From contig CAVQEQ010000001.1 in the NCBI GenBank assembly GCA_963711565.1, positions 736,001 through 800,000 on the forward strand: a DNA stretch of 64,000 nucleotides. Reading direction: 5' to 3'. Source of the stretch: an uncultured delta proteobacterium. GTDB lineage: Bacteria; Desulfobacterota; Binatia; Binatales; Binataceae. The position numbers and the translations under genes are program-made. The notes beneath the pieces are model-generated. The model did not search any database. It was given only the letters and a program-made list of their open reading frames with translations, and was not told the origin of the DNA. Below, in pieces: positions 45,771 to 57,072 of this stretch. Numbering within the stretch: the first letter of the stretch is position 1; each line of letters opens with the position of its first letter.

Positions 45771-46292
45771 TTATTGGAGGATCTCTTGGACGGTTTTCGC
45801 GTCGGCGGGCAGCCGTTTGGCAGTGTCGACGACCATCTTCCAAGTAACCGAGTTTTGTTCATTGCCGCCGAAGCCAATGTACGTTCCTCCGCCGTGTGAG
45901 CCCACTGCAGCCGCCGCACGCGGAGATTGCGGCTGAACAACCGCGCTGCCCGCGATCACTGGTCCAGCGCCAATCATCACCCCAACCCTTGATTGCGAGG
46001 TTTGGGCCTGCGCAACCTTGCTGCCGCCTACAACGATTGTATCTCCGAACGTATTTTCGAAGAAGAATCCCGGAGTTCCAACTCTTGAGGATTGAGCCCT
46101 CACAATTTTGTACGTTCCGGTTACCTCTCCCGCAGTCGGGCAACACTCCGGGTCGTTCGCGTTCCAGACGAGGAACGCGAATTCGAGTGAACCGTCGCTC
46201 AAGAAATTCCTGGTTGCACGCCGAACGGTTTCGGATGGCCCCAGCTGGTCCTTGTACCAGTCTTCGGGTGATTCGATCTCGAGGGGTTGCAA
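45771..46292 (-). pseudogene. fragment of a hypothetical secreted protein
   Basis: Protein-like ORF (WNANDPECCPTAG) without a clear start. Confidence 0.4.
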
Positions 46293-46409
46293 CTGATCTT
46301 CATCATAATCGATATGGAACGCGCCATCGCGGAATACCTCAAGGCCGGCGCAGTCGCGTCTGGGCGATCTTAACGGGCCGTTCGCGTCCGCCCGCCAGAG
46401 ATTGAACTA

Positions 46410-47027
46410 GTGCACTCTCCGGACAGAAAGGCTGCGCAGGATGGAAAAACGATTGCTACCCGATTTATCTGGCGATCGAGCAGATCGATGGAGCAACTGA
46501 GCGCTGCAATCCACCGGCAATTCGGACCGCACAGGCACAGCAGTCTGCTCGCGGCGATCATCGCTGCGTTCGCGGTGCGTCCGTTGATCGGGGATACCGG
46601 AAGCAGCTCCGCCATTTTCGGTGTGGCATTGGTGGTCCTCTTGCTGGTGGCCCTCTACAACATCAACGTCAACGCGATGATAGGCGAGAGGGGCCGCTTA
46701 GTGGCGCAAAATAGGAGGTGCAGAATCCTCGGTTGGACGCTCGCCACTGCGGCCGCAGTGGAAAGGCTATTGGTTATCTTTGTTCACAGTCGGATGCTCA
46801 ACTTGGCGGGTTCGATTTGATGGCTGCTATTTATCCTGTTTGTCAACGTGAGCGAATTGCGCAGCGTACTGAAGCAAAGAGAGGTCGCCGGGGAGACCAT
46901 CTGCATGGCGGTCTCGGTCTACCAGTTGATGGGATTTACCTGGGCTTTTTTGTACGGCGTTATGTTTCAAATTCATCCAGAATCCTTTGGCGGTGCCATA
47001 GGGTGGTTGATAAATAGCGATTTCTGA
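46410..47027 (+). pseudogene. ion channel (K+-channel family) membrane protein remnant
   Basis: Multiple TMs, in-frame TGA at 46818, then ETICMAVSVY...HPESF; pore region absent. Confidence 0.6.
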
Positions 47028-47256
47028 AAATCGGAGACTAAGGCATATATTAGTTGGATTTATCGGAGACTTACTTTGTCTAATATGAGGGGCGCCTTGC
47101 ACGACCCCGTGAGCGACTCACTCGCTCAAGGGGTCTCAATTGAGCTACCTGAGGTACGAAACCGCCGGTGGAATCGGCGTTATCCGACCACACCGGGCCG
47201 AAAATTCGAAAAGCCGATTGTTCTATTTTTTTGGCGCGTAAGGTTTGTCGGCACCT

Positions 47257-48962
47257 CTAAGTAGAGCGCTTGTTGGCAATTTCCGCTGACCTCTCGATGG
47301 TACGCAAGCGCCAACTCGCGTCCGGACCGAGTTCCAGTTCCTCGGAATGGTATCTGCGCAGCGAAGCGCGATGTCCGATGCTGACAAACACGATATTAGT
47401 GTCTTGAAGCAGACCATACAAGCGTTGCTCACTCGCGGAATCGAGTGCGCTTGAGGCTTCGTCCAAGAACGCGAACCGTGGTGACTTCAAGAGGAGTCGG
47501 CCAAATGCCAAACGCTGCTGTTCGCCTTGCGACAAAATCTCTGACCAGTTACATTCAGTGTCAAGTTCGAATCGATCGACTAGCTCATTCAGGTCTACCT
47601 GACGCAAGATCCCGAGCAACTTGGCATCATCCCAGATCGTCTCGCCAGGATACGAGAGTTGCTCTCGCAGGCTCCCCAGCGGCATGTAAGGTACCTGCGG
47701 CAGAAACATGATTTCGTTTAGTGGAGGCCGAATCACCCCTCCCGATCCGGACTTCCATAGGCCGCTTATGGTTCGAAGGAGTGACGTTTTACCCGATCCA
47801 GTTTTACCAGTTATTAGCAGTCCGTGCTGATCGGCGATCCGCACTGACAAGTTGATCAGAATCGACCGAACGGAGAGAGGCTCATAGATGCTCAAGTGTT
47901 CAGTCGCAATACCCGACCGCTCGGAAGTACGGATCTCCGCGTTCGAGCTCTGGCGAGGTGAGGACTCGCATTCCTTCAAATAGCCATCAAGTCGTCTCGC
48001 AACTGCGGCGTAATCCGTGAGTGTGTTGAACTGATTCAGGACCACGGAAAGGGACATATTCACCATCAGGAAAGCGTAACTTGCTTGTGTGAGCTGTCCG
48101 AGCTGAAGGTGGCCGGCGAAGTACGTGGCAGATAGTACAATGTAAGGTAGATAGGAAGAGAAACTATGATACGATTCCGTTACCAAAGCGAGGGTTCGTT
48201 GCGTACGAATGAGTGAGTTATAATTTCTAACTAGTTGATTCAATCTTTTCGAGAGTTGGCGAAATTCCTGACGCTCTCCTCCATACATTGCAATAGGCTC
48301 AGCTTGCGCGCGCAATCTTACGAGGGCCGAAGCGAAAGTCGGCCTCATACCGCTGTTGATCAAAATTGATTGAAACTAGATTTCGACCTGCAAGGATGCA
48401 GAGCAAAGTACCCGTCAACGCGTAGACTGGTAGAAATAGTAGAATCGGAATGGATATCGTTGCTAATATCACCGCAAAGGAAATGCCATTTAATAAGGTT
48501 CCTATTGTCGCGATCGATAACGATAGCGTTGTTTCAGTAAACTGGCGTACGTCTTCACTGACTCGTTGATCCGGATTGTCAATGTGTTCGCTGCGAGCCA
48601 GTCGATAGAAGTTGCGATTCCGAAGCGTCCTTCTAAGAAGATCATCCGTCATCCAATCTCGCCAGTTGATTTGAAGTCGACCAATGAAATAACTATAGTA
48701 AGCTTGGGTTGGTACTGCGACGATCATGTAAGTGATAAAGATGGCTAGATCGTGATAAAAGAGCACTCGCGCTTTTGCGTTCAACGCGTTTGTTATGTCC
48801 CGGGAGAGATAACTGAACCATATATTTTTGATCAGAAGTAGGCCTTCCAAGGCGAAGTACTGCGGCTGTATATAAACGTGCATCACGCTTTTTGTCTGAG
48901 GACCAGTATGGACGGACTAAGACGGAGAGATTCTTCAAGAACGAAAGGTCAAAGTTTTCCAT
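47257..48962 (-). pseudogene. ABCD/YddA-type fused ABC transporter, two frameshifts
   Basis: PYWSS, WRDWMT, IDNPDQR, YEADFRF, GKTGSGKTS, LSQGEQQR, FLDEASSALD spread over three overlapping ORFs. Confidence 0.85.
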
Positions 48963-49454
48963 TTCTCCTCCCTGACCAGTCGAGGTATTCGGAATGCGCC
49001 TGACCAGCCCCTGACTCTGTGGTGAAAACTAACGGAAAAGCGAAGCTTGCACGGCGGCTTCCCACCAGCAGAGACTGGTCGTGGTTTTGCGAGGAGTAGA
49101 TTCCCAGTCTGGTAGGATCATCCCGTCGCATGTTTTGATCTTCCGTAAGCTTATCTGGTTGTCACCAGTCAACGAATTGGAGTTCGGAAATTGCTAAAAA
49201 TTCCTCGTCAGCGATCTCTTTGACGCCAACCCGGCGTTCATACTCTCAAAGTCTTGGTTACGCACCTTGCCAGTGAGTTCAACGTCAATATTCTCGCTAG
49301 GGAAGGTTGAGACCATTAGATCAGCACCACGCGCGGTCACGTCTGTAAGCGCCGGAGAGAAAATCCCTCAGTGAAGCGGCCGGATAGACCGGTCGCGCCG
49401 GAGTAAAACTCCAGCACGAGATAGCCTTCAGCCTGGAGGGTTGAAGGCGGAGGG

Positions 49455-50957
49455 ATGAAAGGCGTGGAACTGTATGGGCAGGTGCGACGAGCGGTCTATG
49501 TTGAAGGACTGAGCCGGCGCGAGGCAGCGCGGCGATTCGGGATCGACCCACGGACGGTGGCGAAGATGCTGGCGTTCTCGGTGCCGCCGGGATATCGGCG
49601 GGGCCGGCCGCTGGCGCGGCCGAAGCTGGATCCGTTCGTTGGGATCATCGATCGGATCCTGGAGGAAGATAAGGGACAGCCAGCCAAGCAGCAGCACACC
49701 TCGAAGCGGATCTTCGAGCGGCTGCGAGACGAGCACGGCTACGCCGGCGGGATCACCGTTGTAAAGGACTACGTGCACGAGCGGCGGCAGCGGTCGCGTG
49801 AGATGTTCGTGCCGTTGCGCCACGAACCGGGACACGCACAGGTTGACTTCGGCGAAGCGCTGGCAGTGATCGGCGGAGTGGAGCGGAAGATCCACTTCTT
49901 CGCGATGGATCTGCCGCACAGCGACAGCTGCCTGGTACAGGCCTATCCATCGGAGAGCAGCGAAGCCTTCTGTGAAGGACACAACGTCGGCTTCGAGTTC
50001 TTCGGCGGCGTGCCGCGCTCGATCCTGTACGACAACCTCAAGCTGGCGGTGGCGCGCATCCTGGGAGACGGCCGGCGGCTAAGGATCCGGGTCTTCAGCG
50101 AGCTGCAGTCCCACTACCTGTTCACCGATCGCTTCGGACGACCCGGTAAGGGCAATGACAAGGGCAAGGTCGAAGGGTTGGTGGGCTATGCTCGGCGCAA
50201 CTTCATGGTGCCGATTCCGCACGCTGCCAGCTTCGCCGAACTCAACGCGCGCTTGCTGGAGGACTGCCGCCGTCGATTGAACGATCAGCTGCGTGGCCAT
50301 GACGAGACCATCGCCGAGCGACTGGTGCGAGACCGCGCTGCCTTCCTGCCGTTGCCGGCCACTCCCTATGAAGCCTGCGAGAAGAGAGCAGCGCGAGTCA
50401 GCTCGCTCTCGCTGGTGCGCTATCGGGGCAACGACTATTCGGTGCCCACCGCTTACGGCCACCGCGAGGTGCTGGTTCGCGGTTACGTCCACGAAGTGGT
50501 GATCGCCTGCGCGGCGGAAGAGATCGCGCGTCATCTGCGCTCCTACGAGCGCGAAGACTTCATCTTCGATCCGCTGCACTACCTGGCGCTGCTGGAACGG
50601 AAGATCGGCGCGCTGGACCAGGCCGCGCCACTGGTCGGTTGGGAACTGCCTGAAGAGTTCGCGACCCTGCGCCGTCTGCTCGAGGCTCGCCTGAGCAAGC
50701 CGGGCAAGCGCGAGTTCGTGCAGGTGCTGCGCCTGCTAGAAGTGTTCCGCACCGATGACGTATCAGCGGCGGTGAGAGAAGCGATCGCGCGCGGAGTGAT
50801 CAGCTTCGACGCAGTCAAGCATCTGGTGTTGTGCCGCATCGAACGCCGCCCACCGCGGCTGGACATGAAGATCTATCCCTACTTGCCGCGCGCCACCGTC
50901 GCGACCACCTCGGCCCGGGCCTACTTGAGCCTGCTGGCGGGAGGGGCATCGTCATGA
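49455..50957 (+). CDS. istA: IS21 transposase IstA
   Basis: AQVDFG, ILYDN, KGKVEG DDE motifs. Confidence 0.95.
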   Translation: MKGVELYGQVRRAVYVEGLSRREAARRFGIDPRTVAKMLAFSVPPGYRRGRPLARPKLDPFVGIIDRILEEDKGQPAKQQHTSKRIFERLRDEHGYAGGITVVKDYVHERRQRSREMFVPLRHEPGHAQVDFGEALAVIGGVERKIHFFAMDLPHSDSCLVQAYPSESSEAFCEGHNVGFEFFGGVPRSILYDNLKLAVARILGDGRRLRIRVFSELQSHYLFTDRFGRPGKGNDKGKVEGLVGYARRNFMVPIPHAASFAELNARLLEDCRRRLNDQLRGHDETIAERLVRDRAAFLPLPATPYEACEKRAARVSSLSLVRYRGNDYSVPTAYGHREVLVRGYVHEVVIACAAEEIARHLRSYEREDFIFDPLHYLALLERKIGALDQAAPLVGWELPEEFATLRRLLEARLSKPGKREFVQVLRLLEVFRTDDVSAAVREAIARGVISFDAVKHLVLCRIERRPPRLDMKIYPYLPRATVATTSARAYLSLLAGGASS

Positions 50958-51733
50958 GCGACACACCGCAGGTTCTGCTCGCTCACCACCTTAAGGCGCT
51001 GAGGCTCCCAACCTTCCTGCGTGAGTACGACAAGCTGGCGCGCCAGTGCGCCGCCGAAGGTGTCGATCACTCGCGCTACCTGCTGCGCCTGGCCGAGCTT
51101 GAGATGATCGACCGGGAACGGCGGACCATCGAGCGCCGGATCAAGGAAGCCAGGTTCCCCGCAGTGAAGAGCCTCGACAGCTTCGACTTCACCGCCATCC
51201 CCTCGCTCAACAAGACCTTGGTGCTGGAACTGGCCCGCTCGGAGTACGTCGGCCGCCGTGAGAACGTCATCGCGCTCGGTAACAGCGGCACCGGCAAGAC
51301 TCACATCGCGCTGGGGCTCGGACTGGCAGCGTGCCAGAAGGGTCTCGCGGTTGGCTTCACCACCGCTGCGGCCCTGGTCAACGAACTGCACGAAGCACAC
51401 GACGAAAAGCGTCTGCAGCGACTGCAACGGCAACTCGCCGGCTTAAAGCTGCTGATCGTCGACGAGCTCGGCTACGTTCCGCTGTCACAGACCGGCGCCG
51501 AGTTGCTGTTCGAGGTCTTCAGCCAGCGCTACGAACGCGGCTCGATCATCGTGACCAGCAATCTGCCCTTCGATGAGTGGACCGGCGTGTTCGGCTCCGA
51601 GCGACTGACCGGCGCGCTGCTCGATCGCCTCACCCATCATGTCCACATCCTCGAGATGAACGGCGATAGCTTCAGGCTTAAGCACAGCAGAGGTCAGATC
51701 GTAGAAGAGCAACCACCGCAAGAACCCGACTGA
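50954..51733 (+). CDS. istB: IS21 helper ATPase IstB
   Basis: GNSGTGKT, LLIVDELGY, LLDRLTHH; ATGA overlap with istA. Confidence 0.95.
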   Translation: MSDTPQVLLAHHLKALRLPTFLREYDKLARQCAAEGVDHSRYLLRLAELEMIDRERRTIERRIKEARFPAVKSLDSFDFTAIPSLNKTLVLELARSEYVGRRENVIALGNSGTGKTHIALGLGLAACQKGLAVGFTTAAALVNELHEAHDEKRLQRLQRQLAGLKLLIVDELGYVPLSQTGAELLFEVFSQRYERGSIIVTSNLPFDEWTGVFGSERLTGALLDRLTHHVHILEMNGDSFRLKHSRGQIVEEQPPQEPD

Positions 51734-52589
51734 CCCACCACCGGGTCGCTCAGCCCTTAGTTCCACAGATGGGCGAGGGGGAAAATCCCCCTCGCGCTCC
51801 TCCTGCCCAGAGCTCAAACTAACCCGGCCAGGAGTGATGCATTTTTACTCCGGCCTGTTGATGTACTTTTGCTCCGGCGTTGACACACGTCCATCTCCGA
51901 TCGCGCGCTGCTCCTCTGGACACGAATCTAGGGTTGAATTCAGTCGCCGTGTTACCGCGTTCATAGAGGAACCAGTCGTTCAGCATCGTCAACTCATTCG
52001 GCCTTACTGTTCCGACGGATTCCTCGGCGAAGCGCAACAGATTCCACAGTTGTCAATTTACCAACGGTCGGGCGCCGTTCGATGAAGCATTGAATCCATC
52101 CAGGCCCGCATCACGTTCACGCGCGACGCAGCAACGAAAATTACGCGTACATACATCTGGCACAGGAAGATTTGGGCACTGACGCACTCTGAAAAGTAGG
52201 CTGGCGATGTAATCATCGCTCGCGCGAAGTCCAGACGTCGCACCGTGTGCCTAGCCGTCTCGCACAGAGTGTCCCGGTTCATCGTCATTGTGTCCACCTC
52301 GGACTTCAGCTGACTAACTTCCCTCCTCTCGCAGCCGCACTCCTTTGTTCCGACTTGCACGCCAGTTCCCGGAGGCGGAGAAAATCGCGCCGCTCTTTCA
52401 CCTCGTCCAATCTCGACCACCACGTCGTGCCGTCAGTGTGCTGGACACTAGCATCTTGTCGAATGGCACGACAGTCCTCTTGCCCCAGCTAAGATCGTTT
52501 CAATGTTGTCCGGTACTTAGGCGAAATCGTATAGTCTATGCAGAGAGGACGTGGATCAGTCTAGAAAATAACCTCCGATCTACGTTGTG

Positions 52590-53605
52590 ATTTAGCTCCT
52601 TTAGCAATCCGACGGGGTGGCTTACAGAAAGGACAGATCTATGTCTAAGACGCCCGGAATGGATCGAAGTGAATGATGGGCAGCAGCCCGCGACGACGGC
52701 GCCGATTCACATCCGAAGGGAAGTGCCGGCCAGTGGCGGAAGCGGCACGCTTGGTTCGAGCGGTCAGCCCGGTCGCGCAGACAATGGAGTCTCCTCGAGC
52801 CTGCTTGCTTCACCGGGCGCGATTGATGGAACAGGGCTAGATAGAAAGCCTTGGCGCCGATGAGCAGGAACGGCCCGGCGTCAGAAGACAAGCAGCTCAT
52901 GCACGGGGGCGCGAGCTCGGGCGCTGCACGACAAGAAGACGCTGGAAGCTGAGATCCTTGAAAGACGCGTTGGAGATGTACGCGCCCAAAAAACTGCGGT
53001 TATGTTCGGACTCGTCCGAACCGTGAGATTCCAAGTGAAGCCACCGGTCGAGGTGTTGGGAGTAGTGCGATCCAATCTGGTCGAGCAGTTCAAGCCCGCC
53101 ACCAGCAAGCGGTCGGACTCTGGTCCGCGGAAGGCTGAATGAATGGCTATTGCCGCTGATACGAGCGATCGTTGCCAAGTACCCCAGTTATGATTATCGG
53201 AGGATAAACGTGTTGCGCTTCCGTTAGCTTTGAGGCGCAGGTCGCGCGCGCGTAAGCCATAAGACGCGCTATCGCATCATGCGCATCATTCGGCTGGCAT
53301 TTGCTGCTGCCGCGCTACCAGTTGCCGCCGCGAACAAACCCACGACGGGTCATGGTGGTCGCGCTCAAGAGCGATCTGCGCTGGCATTCCGCCTCTTTCG
53401 AAACGATCCGCTGCTGGATGGCGAAGCGGTTCATGTATTATTCACCCTCGATCGTTGCGAGCACGAGGCTGATGTAATGGCGGGCGACTACCGGTGACGG
53501 GTCCGGCGAGATCGTGCGCGACCTGATGAGCGAGAGCATCGAGTATCCCTTCGGCTTAGCGGTGCTGAGTGCGCCCTCTTCCGGGCGAGTGGCTCTCGGA
53601 CTCTG
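52590..53605 (+). mobile_element. degraded IS3-family (IS2-group) element
   Basis: Broken frames encode KKTLEAEIL, LPLIRAIVAKYPSYDYRRI, FTLDRCEHE, VRDLM, EWLSD. Confidence 0.7.
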
Positions 53606-53699
53606 GTTCCCTGCTACGCCGCCCGTTAGATTCGTGGGTTCGCACACTCGCTGGGTCTGCTGGTCTTCACCGCGACGACTTACTCCCCAGTCCGACAGC

Positions 53700-54407
53700 G
53701 CGGCCAAGCGGAAGAAACTGACGATCTTCTTCTCGGACATCGCCAATTTCACCGAGACCACAGACAGTCTCGAATCCGAGGAACTGACAAACCTGCTCAA
53801 TCAATATCTGACGGAAATGTCCAAGATCGCCGTGAGCCACGGTACTACGATCGACAAGTACGTGGGGGACGCGATCATCGGGTTCTTCGGCGATCCGGCG
53901 AGTCGGGGCAGCAAGGAAGACGCCATCACCTGCGTAAAGATGTCGATCGCCATGCAGCGACGGATGCGCGAGCTCCAGCTTAAGTGGCTGGATCTGGGTT
54001 CATAAAAACCGTTCCAGCTGCGCATCGGGATTAACACGGGCTTCTGTACTGTTGGCAATTTCGGTAGCGAGGACCGGATGGACTATACCATCATTGGCAA
54101 CGAGGTAAATCTGGCCGCGCGGTTGCAGTCCCATGCTGATCTCGGCGGAATCCTAGTCACTCACGAAACGTCGTCCCTAATCAAGGATACGATCCTGACC
54201 GAGGAGCAGGAGGCGGTTACCGTAAAAGGCTTCGCCCAGCAGGTACGGGCTTACCGAGTCGTCGGCATCTATGACGAGTTGGAAAAGGAGGGCCGGATCA
54301 TTCGAGAAGAGCGCGACGGCTTTCGGCTGCTAGTCAACCTGTCCAAGGGCGATCAGGCCGCGGCTATCGCGGCCGTCGAAAATGTCCTTGCCCGGTTGAA
54401 GGGTTGA
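53700..54407 (+). pseudogene. class III adenylate/guanylate cyclase C-terminal fragment with an internal stop
   Basis: FFSDIANFT, DKYVGDA, TAA at 54003, then RIGINTG and GNEVNLAARLQ. Confidence 0.85.
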
Positions 54408-54744
54408 TCGGTTTTTCTGGAGGGACCGGAATCCCGACGTTCCGAAGTGACCGCTCGGATTGAGGTAGTCAAGATGCTCGACCTATCATCATCCTGGATG
54501 GCTTCCTGACCTCGCTCGCTCTGAATCTGCTAGTGCTCCCGAGCTTAGCCCTTTGCTAGTGACACTTGCCCAGAACGCGTAGAGTTTTTCATTGATATCG
54601 AAGTCGCGCGCAACCGCAGATTCCAACGGCATATAAATAAAAAATCTCCGGCTAACTAAAAGCTCCGCCATGAATGTCATTCTTTCATCCGGACAACTCC
54701 GGCATGAGTACAGCGTGAATCCAAATCACTCGCTGGAGCGTGGT

Positions 54745-54975
54745 GGCGATACTTTTCCTCCTATGCCGGAGGTAATCGCGAGCTGCGCATCATCGACCGT
54801 CAGTCCGTAGCGCGCGGCAGCATCGCGCTCGACAACGACGTTGACGTAAAAGCCTTGGGACACCCATTCCGCTAATACTCCTCGCGTTCCTTCCACCCGG
54901 GTCAGGTCTCCTCAATTTCGGAACCGATCCGTTGGATTTCGTTCATGACTGGCCCCTGCACCTTAATGCTCACGC
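54745..54975 (-). pseudogene. remnant of a second cusA paralog
   Basis: IKVQGP..EIQRIGSEIE, VSQGFYVNV, AARYGLTVDD match the intact CusA. Confidence 0.75.
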
Positions 54976-55285
54976 CTTGTTGGCTACTGATACTGGCCTG
55001 CCGAGGGTCGTTTAGAAGTAACTTATTGAAAAGATGAGCATCGATGGCTAACAAAACACTCAAAAGCAGTGGAAAGCAGTGGTAGGAAATCCTTCAGCAC
55101 CCTCCTCAGCACCCTCGAGTTCCCTACCCCGACCTCCGCCCTACAACGGCAAAGGTCTGGCAAAGCGCCTGTTGGTCTCGAAAGTCACGACCGGGGCTGG
55201 ATGAGTGAATTGTTCTGTTATCAATACTCGAAATCCAACTTTGCGTTCGAGCGTGTTAGGTTAACGAGCCTCTGCTCATGCCGCT

Positions 55286-56272
55286 TCACCTGTGCCCGTA
55301 ATCCGTGAAAACGTAATCTTTTGTCTTCACTGCCGTGTGGCACGCGAACCCGCACTTGGCGTCGTTCCCCTGGGGTGGCTTGTCCGTTAAGTTGCCTAGC
55401 CTGAACTTATCGGAGGCGGGTTGATACTCGAAGACGCCGTAACCCCATCCGCCGCTGTCCCGGAACCTCTTGCTGTCCTTCACCATCAAATCAACGTCAT
55501 GCTGGGTGCCTGGCACCGTCGGCCCACCGGGTTCGCCGACATTCACTTTCGCGTTCCAATGGACCTTCGCCATCTTGGCGCCATCCGGAAAGGGCTTGCC
55601 GTTACCGGGAATGCCCGCCTTATAGGCGTCGATCATCACAGGATTCCCGAGGATCGCCGCGAGCTTATCTCCGTTATGGCTGAGGGAGATCACCGGCCAG
55701 CTTTCGTATCCTCTGAACTCAGAGAACGCGAGGCCATTCGGTATTTTGAGGGCGTACTTGTCCTGCGCGGAAACGGCGGCTTGTCCCTCTGACGGGGCTG
55801 CTGTGGACGCGGAGGCAGCGTTGAGGCGGGGAAGGTTGTGGATGAAACGTGCAAGCTTCCAGGTATCGTTATCGGAGATGCTCGACTTCCAGGCAGGCAT
55901 GCCTGTGAGGCGAACTCCGTTCTGTATGATCCAGAACAGTTCCGCATCGCTCCAGTGCTGCACGTGGGATGAGCTCAGGTCCATGGCAGGCGGGTACATG
56001 TTGCGCCCAACGTACGTGTCTCCGCGCGCATCTGCACCGTGGCACTGGGCGCAAGACCCAAGAAACACTTCCTGTCCCTGGCTCACGACCTCATCCGTCT
56101 CAGGCAGCGGGTTCTTCATCTTCCCTGCTTCCAATGGAATGATAACGTCTTTAGCCGCGTTGGCCAGGCTGGTTTCCTCTCGGGAAGGCTGTTTGCCCGC
56201 TTTGCAACCTAGCAGCAAAGCGCCGAGCATTGCACCGATCACGCCAAGCATCAGCTTGTGTTTTAGCGCCAC
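55286..56272 (-). CDS. lipoprotein fusion of a class I c-type cytochrome and a cytochrome P460 family domain
   Basis: LLGC lipobox; CAQCH plus GMP axial Met; FRGYESW, FPDGAKMAK, MVKDSKRF..SGGWGY, CGFACH, DYVF. Confidence 0.85.
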   Translation of the reverse strand: MALKHKLMLGVIGAMLGALLLGCKAGKQPSREETSLANAAKDVIIPLEAGKMKNPLPETDEVVSQGQEVFLGSCAQCHGADARGDTYVGRNMYPPAMDLSSSHVQHWSDAELFWIIQNGVRLTGMPAWKSSISDNDTWKLARFIHNLPRLNAASASTAAPSEGQAAVSAQDKYALKIPNGLAFSEFRGYESWPVISLSHNGDKLAAILGNPVMIDAYKAGIPGNGKPFPDGAKMAKVHWNAKVNVGEPGGPTVPGTQHDVDLMVKDSKRFRDSGGWGYGVFEYQPASDKFRLGNLTDKPPQGNDAKCGFACHTAVKTKDYVFTDYGHR

Positions 56273-56429
56273 GTTGCGATCGCCTCCGCGCCACCCGCCA
56301 ATCTACGGCAGCCCACAAATTCCCTCATAGGTTCAGGCGTGGTGTGTTCTCCTTCACAAAGAAAATCTTCTAAGTTCGATCCAGCGTGTGTCACCCCCTG
56401 GGAGCTTCTGATGTCCCTAGAACCAGAAT

Positions 56430-57050
56430 GCGGGGTGGTCTACTTTTACTCCACCACGTCACGCCGTTAACGCGGCGGGATGTGGTCTATTTTTACTCCG
56501 GCGCTCATAATCTTTGGAAGAGGACCTTTCATCTGTTGGCTCTTGGCGATAACGGAAAGGTGTCAACCACCGGAGTGAAAGTACATCAGCGCATCACAGT
56601 AAAAATTCATCATCAACCGGAAGAGGATGGCTATGGAGTTAGTGGCCTCTGGAAGGGGAAGCAACCGTCTCAGTAGTCAAGTGCGAGCAGCGGTTTTAAC
56701 GGCGTTGCCGCAGTTTTAGGCTGGACAGGTATTCCGGCCGTCGGCCTGTAAGGGCAACGCCTTTTGGTCTTCAACTGTTGAAACACATCCATCCCGGACT
56801 TTCCTCGGCGGCCTCCAGATTCGGTTGAGAGGCCGCCGGGAAAAGTGCTTATTTACGGGCAACGGCGGCCGCCAACCCGTTCCCTGATGAAGCATCGCGT
56901 TGAGGATCATGACCAACTTGTGCTGACGGGGAACACTTTTCCTTATCCCAACACCCTCTACGAATCGAGGTCAACTTCAAACCGCCAAGTTGACGTTGGA
57001 GGCGCAGCAGACGCTTCTCATCGTGCGCTTTACACGCCCCGCATGAGCGG
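56430..57050. mobile_element. nested IS remnants (two IS21-type ends, istB fragment, IS110 C-terminal fragment)
   Basis: TTTTACTCCGGCGCTCATA (ends 56509); TGTCAACCACCGGAGTGAAAGTACATCA (starts 56561); minus-strand AHDEKRLLRLQRQL and KLVMILNAMLHQGTGW. Confidence 0.7.
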
Positions 57051-57072
57051 GCATAAGAACAATAGTGGGTTT

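Larger units (their letters stand above)
49344..51885 (+). mobile_element. IS21-family element (2542 bp)
   Basis: TG...CA ends TGTAAGCGCCGGAG and rc TGTCAACGCCGGAG, repeated CCGGAG.AAAA subterminal boxes, 6-bp TSD CACGTC (49338-49343, 51886-51891). Confidence 0.95.

Noticed and set aside
48963-52590. A gene interrupted by the IS21 insertion
   Set aside because: Rejoining the flanks at CACGTC gives only short broken frames with no recognisable family.
53700-54407. Stop-codon readthrough or a dedicated cAMP source for the encapsulin CBD
   Set aside because: The stop is TAA, the gene lacks its N-terminus, and it lies 20 kb away in a decayed region.
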